In this document: positions 41,251 through 51,653 of the stretch, in pieces
Position numbering within the stretch: the first letter of the stretch is position 1
Layout of the letters: the number at the start of each line of letters is the position of its first letter
Assembly: GCF_000143415.4 (NCBI RefSeq)
Contig: NW_003314333.1
Span: 186,001 to 250,000 of the forward strand
Origin: Selaginella moellendorffii
Taxonomy: Eukaryota > Plantae > Lycopodiophyta
Direction: 5' to 3'
Length of the DNA: 64,000 bases
Translations under genes and position numbers: made by a program
Notes under the pieces: model-generated
Seen by the model: only the letters and a program-made list of their open reading frames with translations
Told to the model about the DNA's origin: nothing
Databases searched by the model: none

Positions 41251-42726
41251 TGCTGGAACTTGGTCAACTTCCCTTCGTCATGATCAAACTCCAGCGGAGT
41301 AGCAGTGGCAAAGTAGGAAAATTTTGGATCGAGAGAGGATGAGCTTGGACCACTGCAAGTTCAGCTTGAGGTTGGCATAGTAGGCCATGGAGCAGGATGG
41401 ATTGTTGAGTGCTCAATTGTGCATTGACAGGCTTACCTTTGTGAACAGTGCCTGGATTGTTCTTGGAGTATTAAAAGAACAAATCTATAAATTTGATTAG
41501 AACACAATAAAAAGCCTCATTAAAGCTGACAAATACATATCTACATGAAACATTGCATAATGGCTGAATGCATAAATTTGTGTTTTCTAACTTATTAGAA
41601 ATCTCTTATCAAGATCTTGGTATGGTCTTTGGACCACCATGGTTCTCCTCGAGCAGCTTGAGGCTGGCCTGTGTATGATGCTCTTGAGGTCCTGGCAATC
41701 ACCAATATGGTTTCCTGCCGCGAGCTCCTGGACCCCTCCTGAATCATGCATGATCCATCGTCCAGAAGTTATATGTCATGGGATTAGTCATTGATGCTCA
41801 TATAATGGTAGGGTCCATCCAATGAACAATTGCCACGGACATGTCAGTAGCTTGTAGAACTCCCACAAAAACTAGAAAGTAACAGTTGCTGCTGAAGTCT
41901 GCCACAACTTGAAACAATTACTGCTTTTGCAAGTACCCAAAAACACATCACTGGAGACAAATACCCAATCTTGGAAAATGCTGCAATGCAAGCAATCCTT
42001 CCATGTACAAGCTTCTGGTGGTTGCCAAGCAGAGAAATAGCCCGAAAATGTCTCAAGCTGTGCTCCCCCATGAAAAACTAAATTAAACAAAAGTCAGGAA
42101 ACAACACCAATGAGAAACCAGAGTAGAGAGGTGGCTTGGCTGTCTAGAAAGTTGCAGCAGGCTCCCAGCACCCAAATGAGCCTCAGAAATTAGTGCATTC
42201 TCATCTTCCAGGTGGATGTGGAGCATCACTAGCTGGCAAGCATGCGTCGCTTTGCTGCTTATAGCGAATGCCCTCGTGAGGTATTTGTTATAGACTAGGT
42301 AGTGCGGCTTTGGAGACCCGAGCATGCTCTATTGACGAGCTCTCCCATGTTGAGGCGCTAGTAGCAATTGCCGCACATGCACCTCTCTTAATACCCGAAA
42401 GACACACAAAAGCTACAAAACAATGCCTCATGAACATAAGGAGACGAAGGCACAGAATTGTAGCTCAGGGGATGCTGGGGACTTAACCCACTGAGCAACA
42501 TTTGCCCTGTTGCAATCTCATAAGCATACAACTCCTTTGTCACACAACACTCTTACAAGATAACGGGCAAGATACAGAGTGGGGAAGCATAACCTCCACA
42601 GGGTTGTTGCTTGGACCCATACCACTCCATGGGAGGAACGCCACTGATATGCCATCGAGGTATCAGGCCCAGCCTACACCCGCTTGTGCTCTACTGCCTG
42701 GTACGCGTCTTGCGGTGTATGACGAA

Positions 42727-43271
42727 GCTCATATGTTCCGGCTTGGCAAGGAACAAGGAGAATGCAGCTGCTGTTCTCCTGGCTCTGGGCCAGAACGACT
42801 CATCTCAGCAGTACGTGCCTTGGTGGTGGAGCTCGAGCAAAATTGCACCAGCAGGGCCAGGCGCAAAGCGAGTTTGATCCTGGAGTTGATGCACAAGCAA
42901 CAGCAAGAACAGTTGAGCAAGCAAGGAGAAGAGAAGCAAACAGGATCAACAATTCAATGCCGTTAATACGCTCTCGACATGCTTACACAAGCAGGGCAGA
43001 CAGGATGGCGCTTCAAAGTGCTGTGCTGGGCGGTTCACCATCAATCAACGACTGTTCGTCCTCAGGCCAAGCTTGGCGGTTTGTTGATTCACTTGTCTCT
43101 GAGCATGAGCAGAGCCGAAGCAGCAGTTTTACACAGACTTGGTTTGGATTGACAGGGATGGCGCCATGGAATGTGGCAGCTCCTCTCGTTGTAGCGAGCA
43201 TTATGATTCAGCTGCGCAGCCGGATGAATCGCATGCACTTGGAGGTGGATGGATTGGACGCGGACACTTAA
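42727..43271 (+). pseudogene. Duplicated 3' fragment (last ARM repeat plus 3' UTR) of the PUB13-like gene
   Basis: Closely matches 30769-31309 (GGAACAAGGAGAATGCAGCTGCTGTTCTCCT; [21 protein letters not shown]; GACGCGGACAC.TAA) with frameshifting deletions. Confidence 0.92.
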
Positions 43272-43672
43272 CGTGTACTGTCTTACACAAAGCAACGAGA
43301 CGATCTTTAATGCTTGAAAGCAACTTCCCATAAGCCAAAATTTCAAGTAAAGAAGATCTTTTGTTTGTGGCGGTTCAACATCACGGGCACTCAATTCACA
43401 TTCGCCAGGATCAGGCAGGATCCCTGCCGAAAATCCTGGTAGCTAAAGTTCATTGCAACATCCAAGGGCGATGCTTCACACACTGTTCGACAATAAAAAT
43501 TGGCCATGGCAGGGAAAGAAATGACACGAGCTCGTTCGCCGTCCATCCGTCCGTCCTGCTCCTGCATTGCTTGTGATATACCAAGCAAGCTTTTAATACC
43601 ACCAAAATAGCACTCATTGAATTGAGTTTGGTCAATCTGAGCGCTTGCTTTGCTTGCGAGAGATACTTCAGC

Positions 43673-46431
43673 TCAAGAAACAGAGTGACTGCGATGGTGC
43701 TGGCAAGGACGCCTTTGGCCACTGGATAGATTGTTGTTTGGAGTGGCGGGCCTCGTACCGGATCTTGCAGGAAGAGCTTCAAACTCATTAGTACTACTTG
43801 TGAATGTGGAGCGGTGCTGTTCCTCTTCGTCCACGTCGGTGGAGGTGGTGGTGGTATTGCTAACGTCATAGCACGCATTGTATTTGCCCCTCCACAAGCT
43901 CCCCAGCCCGAGCTTTTTAAAAGTCTTGAGCAGCCTGTGACCAAAGTTGATGCCGGCCCGTTGGCTGTGCAACATTTGGCCTATACAGTTTGTCGAGTAG
44001 GAGGCCTTCTTGTGAGCATTGGGGCCGCTTGCGTTTAAGTGCTCCATGCCCGGGCATTTGTTCTGTTGCAGCGTCTTCTTCACCTGCGCAAGCTCCTTCT
44101 CGAGGTGCTTGAGTCGCGACTTGGCTGCTTCAAAGTCACGGTTGACATACAAGGCCCTGGTGTTGTGCTGAGAATCCACGACGTAAGGGAAGTCGGACGA
44201 AGGGCACTTGCTACTATCATCGGGCTGCGCCTGGGTGGAGCCGCTGAACTGCTCGCGGTGGAACCGATGGCTGGATGATCTCTTCGGAGCTGCCTCGGCC
44301 GCGATCCTGCCGTTTGTGTTGGTGGTGGCTACGGAGGATGAGACACGGATGTCTTTGCAAGGCTCGGGACTAGAACAAGCAACAGACGTGTCGTGGCTGG
44401 GAAGCTCTCCGCTGGGGGGCACTGGCGGTGCTGGCGACGAGTGATGGCGGCTCTGAAGCTGCTCCATGAACATAGCTTGCACGATAGTCCTCAGGGGCAT
44501 GAGCTCGTTTTGCACGGCGTGAATGCACGCCTCTTGGGACAGCTTCTGGCAATTGAGGCTCCTACACACGAGCAGTCGCTCCGAGTGTGTTACATGGGGA
44601 TGGGACTGCGCAAAAGCGTTCGCAGTGATGATCATATTGATAGACATGACTTACCTTCAAGTAGACATGGATCGCCTTGTAGAGCTGGTCGTGGCTTGTC
44701 CGAGCACAAGCCGGGAAGACGTCAATGAGGTCAGACAAGGTGACAGGGTTGATCCCTGGATCATATCCCAGATACTCCAAATAACCATCCCAGATCTTGG
44801 AAACGGTATTCACTGCTTCAATGTTGGTGAAGAAAAGCAGTGTTTCGTCCCTGCTGCTGCTAAACACATGACTTCCACCACCACCTTGCTTACGATCATC
44901 TTGTTGTTGCTGCTGCTGCTGCTGCAAAAAGAGCGAACCAATCTGGCGGGCACTCTCCAGCTGAGCCTTTGACGTCCGACCATCCTTGAGTGGCAGCCCC
45001 AGTAGCAAATCGTCCACGCTCGCAAGCTCCAGCTGACAGGCAATCCGGGTCTCTATCTGGAGCCGGCATTCCGTGCTAGCGCCGACTCCCAGTGCATGCC
45101 GCAGAAGCCGGAAGAGGAAGCTCACCGGGAGCAGCTGCTGCTTCTCCACGGGCAGCAAGCGTACCATGGACTCTAGCAGCCGGCACTTGTCGCTCCTTTG
45201 CTCCAGCTTCTCCAGCCTCTGGCTGCCGCACCACAAGTAGTAGTCCCTGTTCTTGTGCTGCTGGTCCGCGTCGCCACGACCAAATATCCACCTCTCCACG
45301 CACTTGATCATGAGCTGCCCGATGACGCGCTCCGCCATCCCTTGCCTCCGGGTGGCAGCGACGATCCTCGCAAACAAGGCATATGGGAGCTCCACCAGCT
45401 GTTGCATCCACCACTCCGGAGCTGCAATGGATTCTTGGTCGTCCACCAGCTGGGTGCAAGCGATGGAGGCGAGTGAATCGACACAGCGGGTGACAATGAG
45501 GAGCTCGTCGGCGAGCGGGAGGAGGCGTTGGATGTCGGCGGCAAGAACACCGATGCTGCCCTCCCAGCTCTGGAGCGCCACTTTGGTGAGGTACATGTCG
45601 CACAGCTCCGCCAGGCTGCCCCGACCCATCTCCGCGCTCATCTCCAGGTACTCGGCAGCGCAGCGCAGCATGGCCACATTGCTCGGCTCCACCACGATGT
45701 GAGCGCCGTAGCAAAACGCCGCCGCCCACCCAAATGCCTCGGCGCCGCCAGGAAAGTCGCCACCCAGCTCCACCTCTACCACCTCTCCGCTCGCTTTCTT
45801 CGACTGGAGCACTCGCCGCAGAAGCCCACTCCTTGACACCAGCGGCAGCTGTAACGGATGGCCATTCGATCAGTATCTCGGTTTTCCAAAGCTTTGGAAC
45901 TGTACCTCGTGGAGCTCAAAGGTCGCGCCTTGGACATGAACTCTCACCCTCGCTACCGCTCCGGTGGCCTCACACCTACATACCATCCAAAGCAATGAAT
46001 CCAATGAATCCAATAAATCAGACCCACCATGCCAAGACGCTCTGCTGGAGGAGGAGTCTGGGCGAGGAGGAGGCAGAGGATGGTGAAGAACAGGATGTCG
46101 ACGACGAGGACCATGTCGATGCCACATTGACATTGCCGTGATCATGCATCACTACCATGCCCACATCCTTGCTCTCCCGATCAAGCTCCTTCTCTTGGCG
46201 GGACGGATATCCCACAGCAGATGATCGATCATCTGCTGCTACCCCAGGGCTGGACAGCATCTCTGGCTCCACCGGCTCGTCTTCAAACGACTCGAAGATG
46301 GTCTCCATCCTCGCGGGCCTTGCGAACTCCTCGATCGCCGCACATAAATCTTCCTCTTCCAGTTGCATCAGCTCCTCCTGTGCCTGTGGATCACAGGAGG
46401 AAGAGGGGGACAGTAGCACACCTCTGGCCAT
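43673..46431 (-). CDS. BTB/POZ-NPH3 domain (NRL family) protein
   Basis: BTB (PLVSRSG, DFPGGAEAF...AAFCYG, NVAMLRCAAEYLEM); NPH3 domain (HDQLYKAIHVYLK, CQKLSQEACIHAVQNELMPLR); coiled coil; ends HRSHSVS. Confidence 0.93.
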
Positions 46432-46560
46432 GGCTTGATTCTTCAATCCTAGAGAAGTTCCTCGTTCTTCTTCAGACACAAAGATGGGAAGGGAGGGAGA
46501 AACACAAACACGTCCATCCCGGGCATTTTCAAGTGTGTGGAAAGCGACTAGCGCTGAGGG

Positions 46561-46591
<31 letters not shown>

Positions 46592-47148
46592 CGATAATAC
46601 GATCACTGGTTAAAAGCAAGTTGGCGTTGGCCCAGTCAAATTATCCAGTCGTCATCGTCAATCGTCATTCTCTCTCTGGTTTCGAATTTAAGAGGTTGGT
46701 TGGGCTCGATGAATCATTAAACTCGAAATCTTCCCTTCCTCTTAACTCTTCCTCGAGCCTCAAAACGAAACAATCCTCCTCGGTCTAGCTAAAACCCGTA
46801 TTTCTTGAGTTGGAATTCCACACATGGAAAGATTACAAGCTTATACTCGCGAATAGCGCATTCAAGAATTAAAAAAACACCGGTCCGTTATTGTTCCATC
46901 GCCCGACTGGAAACTCAAAGCAGCTTCTCGACTGATCGAGCTCAAACGGATCACGGATGGATGAGACCTCGAGCGTCCAGCGGCTAGCTTGGGCTAGCAC
47001 ACTGCGCTTGCTTGTGTATATCACACATACATACCTTGGTTTTTATTCTCGCTGTAGCACCGCCTTTGGTAGCATACTTACGTAGAAGATAGACTCGTCC
47101 GCCGCTGGATGCGAGCGAGATGAGAGGATGGATCAACCACGCCGTTGC

Positions 47149-49790
47149 TCACGATGCCCGCTCCTCCACCCAGCTGCTGCTGAGAACTTGGACTTTCGCA
47201 GCTGCGGCTGGCTGGATGTAAACGAAGACGAGGCTCCCGTGCGGCGACAAGGAATGCAGCCACTCGGGGAAAGTGTAGGTAGTGGCGTCGGTCTTGGTGA
47301 GCCCCCACAGCGGGCCTTGGAGATTGTCAATGCGGAGGTTGAGGCTCGACAGCGTGTGCTTGGATGCATTGGTGGCATTCACCGCGTACTTGTAGTATGT
47401 CTGGCCCTTGAACAGCCAAGATGCCACTGTCTCGTGCGTTAACTCCACCGAGTCATCTGGATATGCAAACGCGGCTGGCAGTGTCAGAGAAAAGAAAAGC
47501 TTCCACCAGCACGTAATTAGCTACCTGGACGGCTTGCAGCACTGGTTGGAGGCAGCGGCAATGCCTCCACTGGGTTTGTGTTCAAGTCGGATCCGGAGTC
47601 GTCGCGGGAGTTGTAGTAGCCGCCGTGGAGCCTGGCGAGAACGCCCATGAGCGGGCCGTTTGTGTAGATTGCTGGTTCCGTTTGCTCAAAGTTGTCCCTC
47701 TCGTCCGCAAAGTTGTCGTTTTGATCCGGTCCTCCCACCACGGCACCCGTGAGAATGTTGGGATCGCGGTCTCGCCTCTTGTACCAGGTTGCATATCCAC
47801 CGCGGCAACTCACGAACGAGGGGTTCACCTTGTACGACACAATGGACGAGGCTCGGTGGTGAACTTCCTGGGGAAAGTTGGCACCAAACCCAACCATGTA
47901 ACTCGTCGCTCGAGGATTGTCTCCCAAGATGTAGTCCACCTGCGTCGAAGAACACATGAAACGTTGATCCAATCCAGGAGAGGGTACTCGACTAGAGTAA
48001 TTTACCTGAGACTGTGCCATCCGAAGCAGCTCGCCTGACCCAACTCTCTGGCCCGGGCACTGGAGTTGCTGCCCGGAGCTTGCTAGATAATCCGAGTACA
48101 CGGTGAGAAGGAACGCTGCGCCCGTCACATATTGCATGTTGTTCCAAGATCTTACGTAGAGCAAGCCACCTGCATGTGAAACGTAAGGTGACATTTGAGA
48201 AGTTGCAAAGAACACTCACCCGGTGTCCGCTGGACGTTTCCTCCGCCGCCGTTCTTTTGCAAGCAGGCGCAGAGGAAGAAATTGGCTTTGGACTGGTAGC
48301 TCCTCAACACCGATGCGTGCTGCCCTCCTCTCCCTTGAAGCAAAACCTGTCCGCATCCAAAGGGAAGAAATTTCAGTTCATGTAGTATAAGAGTCGCTTG
48401 GATACCTTGGAAGCAAGGACTTGCACACCCGCATACTTGACGTCCCAACTGAATTCTTTCATGTCCCAGCCTAGGCCCCCGAGAGTGCCCGCATTGTTGG
48501 CGGCGTAGCTGAGGTAGAAATCGTCGTGAGTTGCTTGGTGAAGCCACAGGGCTGCCCACAGCAGCTCGTCCTGCATTTGATGCATTGCTGTATCAAGTGG
48601 ATCTTTGATGATAAGGGACGCTCACCGCATAGCCACTCTTGGAGTTGTAAAACTTTTGAGCCACCGAAATGCTGGCGTCGTACTTGCCGCGGTGTGTGTC
48701 GGCAAACTGGAAGAGCTGCACGACGCAAAAGCAAAGAAGATAGTAAGTATGCTACTTAGCTGTCATGGAAAAAAGAAAGCTCGTCTCTTCTTTACACTTG
48801 CCTGCTTGGAGTGAGCCAGGAGATTGTTTGCGTATGCCGCATTGTGCCTTCTAAAGACAATGGAAGCGGCAGCGAGAGCGGCGGCAGTTTCGCCCGCCAA
48901 ATCCGACCCTGGGTTGCTCGCATCGATCTTGTAAGCTTTCCGGGGCGTTGTCATGTCCTCGGGCCTTTGCCAGCAGAAGTGATCCGTGAATCCATCACCC
49001 ACCTTAGTGAAAGGAAGTTGTGAGATACACAAGTAGAGCATGGTTAACTTTTTTACCTCGCCCCAGAGCACATTGGGCTGTGGGTGTGCCTTGACGAGGT
49101 AGTCGGCCCCCCATTTGATGGCGTCGAGGGTGTAGCCGAGCTGACCACTCGACTGGAGCTGCTTGTGGAACTCGATGGCGCTCCACGACATCATGGTGAT
49201 GGTGAAGGCCATGGGCAGGCCAAACTTGACATTGTCGCCCGCGTCGTAATACCCTCCAACCAAATCCACCTGGTAGTTCCAGCGCCACCATCAATCACCA
49301 CAACGCAAAGTACTCAATTCGCAAAGGCACATCCGAAAGGGAAAGATATCCTCGAATGCAGCTATCTATAACACGCGAAAGTGCTCAAGCAAGCCAAGAA
49401 GCAACAACTAAGCTACAGCCGCTAGCTGCTGTTGGCACCACCACAACAACGACATCTCAGCCGACATATATATCCACACAAGACTGGAAGATCTAGCATC
49501 CTATCATGAGCTAACGACAACTATATAGATCAATCTCTCGACACCAGCATACCACATTCTCGCGCATTGCTTACCCCCTGAGATTTCCCATCCAAGAGTG
49601 CTGAATCGGAGCGCCAGGCCGCCCTCTGGTCCGTGGGGAGCCGCCCAGATCTCTGCGCCTCGTAAAACAGGATGCTCTTGCTCAGCGCATCCTTGTAATC
49701 AAAGGCCGACTGCCCGGCGCTGGCCAGGAGCAGCACGGCCCACCCCAGCACCCACATTCTGCCCGATCTTGCTGCTGCTGCTGCTGCCAT
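47149..49790 (-). CDS. Endo-1,4-beta-glucanase GH9 class C (signal peptide, GH9, linker, CBM49)
   Basis: [62 protein letters not shown]; C-terminal CBM49-like LWGL..YTFPEWL..FVYI. Confidence 0.95.
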
Positions 49791-50596
49791 CTTTGTGCTG
49801 GAGTGGAGGCTCTTCCTCCTCGGCCCTGGTACTGCGACCTCCACTCAATCGATATGTTACAACTCACAGCAGCAGTAGAAGGAGCATTCTAAGGAAAAGA
49901 GCGATGCGAGATGTGGATGCGCCTCTATGGTTAGCATGAGAGAGCTGCTGCTGGCTGGGTTTGCTGTGTTTCCTTGTTCTGTCTTGAATGCCCAAGCGAG
50001 AATGGGGGCCGAAGCGAGCTCGAACTCGTCAGCTCCAGACCATGGCAGCAGCAGCAGCAGCAGTAGCAGCAGCGGCGGCCAGGCAAAACAACAAAAGAAA
50101 TGGAAAGCGACGCACACTCCTTCCTCTCTCTCTCGCGATGGAGTGTGTGTGTGTGTGGAGTGGCCTCCCTTTAAAAGCTTTAACAGTTAGTTATCCCACA
50201 ATCAAGTTATTCGCCCTAACTTGGATGCTGATTTAAGCCCTAAATCGGCCGGCGGTTACCTCTCGGCGGCTTTGAATGCGGGCGGCATATACCCCGGTTC
50301 CCATCCGACGGCCCACATTCGCCCATCCCAGCTCACTGGTATACAGTCTTCAGACAATGCAGATTTATAAGAGTTGTTGCAAGTTGCAGGGAAGAATCGG
50401 ATCAATCCCTTTGCTTTTCCTGCCCTTAGCGTTTTTCCCAACCAAGATCTTTCGAGCCGACTGACCTAATGTCACCGATTGCCGCCGCGTGTCGCGATCG
50501 GGACGCCAGGGATATTCCTCCCCGCGCTTAAATATGCGCTCTTTTGGCCAGAGAAGCAAGCCCTTCTTCAAGTTCTTCTGACATAAACCAGCAGCA

Positions 50597-50962
50597 ATGG
50601 GCAAGAAAGACGCGGCAAAGGGCCACCACCATCACGGTCACGGTCACGGTCATGGCGGCTATCCCACCGGCTATCCTCCACAAGGTAGTAAGATCTCTCG
50701 AGTTTAGCTGGAGATTTTCCCCCTCTCAAATCCTTTTCTTGGCACCGAGCAGGCTACTATCCACAGCAGCAGTACTATGGTCCTCCGCCAAGGAGGCATG
50801 GAGGCGGTGGATTCCTCCGAGGCTGGTAAGTAAAAGCTCAAGCTTCTATTTCTTCCATTTTGCGGATCTCAGGAGTTTACTTTCATCAGCTTGGCTGCCC
50901 TGTGTTGCTGCTGCCTGGTGGACGAGTGCTGCTGCGATCCATCGTTCCTAGTCATAGATTAA
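50597..50962 (+). CDS. CYSTM (cysteine-rich transmembrane module) small protein 1, His-rich N-terminus
   Basis: Three exons: MGKKDAAKGHHHHGHGHGHGGYPTGYPPQ|GYYPQQQYYGPPPRRHGGGGFLRG|CLAALCCCCLVDECCCDPSFLVID. Confidence 0.85.
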
Positions 50963-51263
50963 GAAAGAAAAAAATGTCGTTTATACGAGCGACTCCACAC
51001 ATCCGTGTAATGTACATAATCATCCATGAACATCAAACCGGCCTATTGAAGCTATGATCCCACCTTTTTGACGCGCAGCGCGCGCTTTCTCTTGCTTTAA
51101 TAGACAATGCGAATCGCATCTTTTTGCTTTAATCGCCCAAGTCAAGCACCCCATTTGTCTCCACCAGTGGCGTCCTTCCACGTAAACCGCCACAAGTCAT
51201 CCGAAAGAGCCATCGCTTTTTAGGCTCCCGTTGGATAGTTTCTTAGAGCAAAGCGAAGAAACG

Positions 51264-51580
51264 ATGGGGAAAGACTACGAGACTCCATATCCACCGCAAG
51301 GTTATCCTCCTCAAGGTACTCTCCAAAATTTCCACTTTGGGTCATCAAGGTCTCCTCCTCTGTGCAGGCTATTACCAGCAGCCTCCTCCTGTTGCTCCTC
51401 CTCCACAGTACTACTCTCAAGCACCGCCTCGGAGAAGCGGTGGATTCCTCCAAGGATGGTAAATCTCTTTCCAGTAGTCTACAGATCGCTTACATTGTGA
51501 TTTGCAGTCTCGCAGCACTGTGCTGCTGTTGCCTGTTGGATGAATGCTGCTGTGATCCCACCATTCTTATCGACTGCTGA
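51264..51580 (+). CDS. CYSTM small protein 2 (tandem paralog)
   Basis: MGKDYETPYPPQGYPPQ|GYYQQPPP...GGFLQG|CLAALCCCCLLDECCCDPTILIDC; same intron positions as paralog 1. Confidence 0.87.
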
Positions 51581-51653
51581 AGCAGTGCCTTCTCGTTGAA
51601 TTCGCACCTGTTCTTATAATACAAGCCAAAGATTAAGGTCTCTCATCGTGTGA

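Noticed and set aside
43673-43700. Canonical NRL C-terminal RxS-phi-S phototropin/14-3-3 site
   Set aside because: Ends RSHSVS, with the Arg one position off the consensus, so it is not called.
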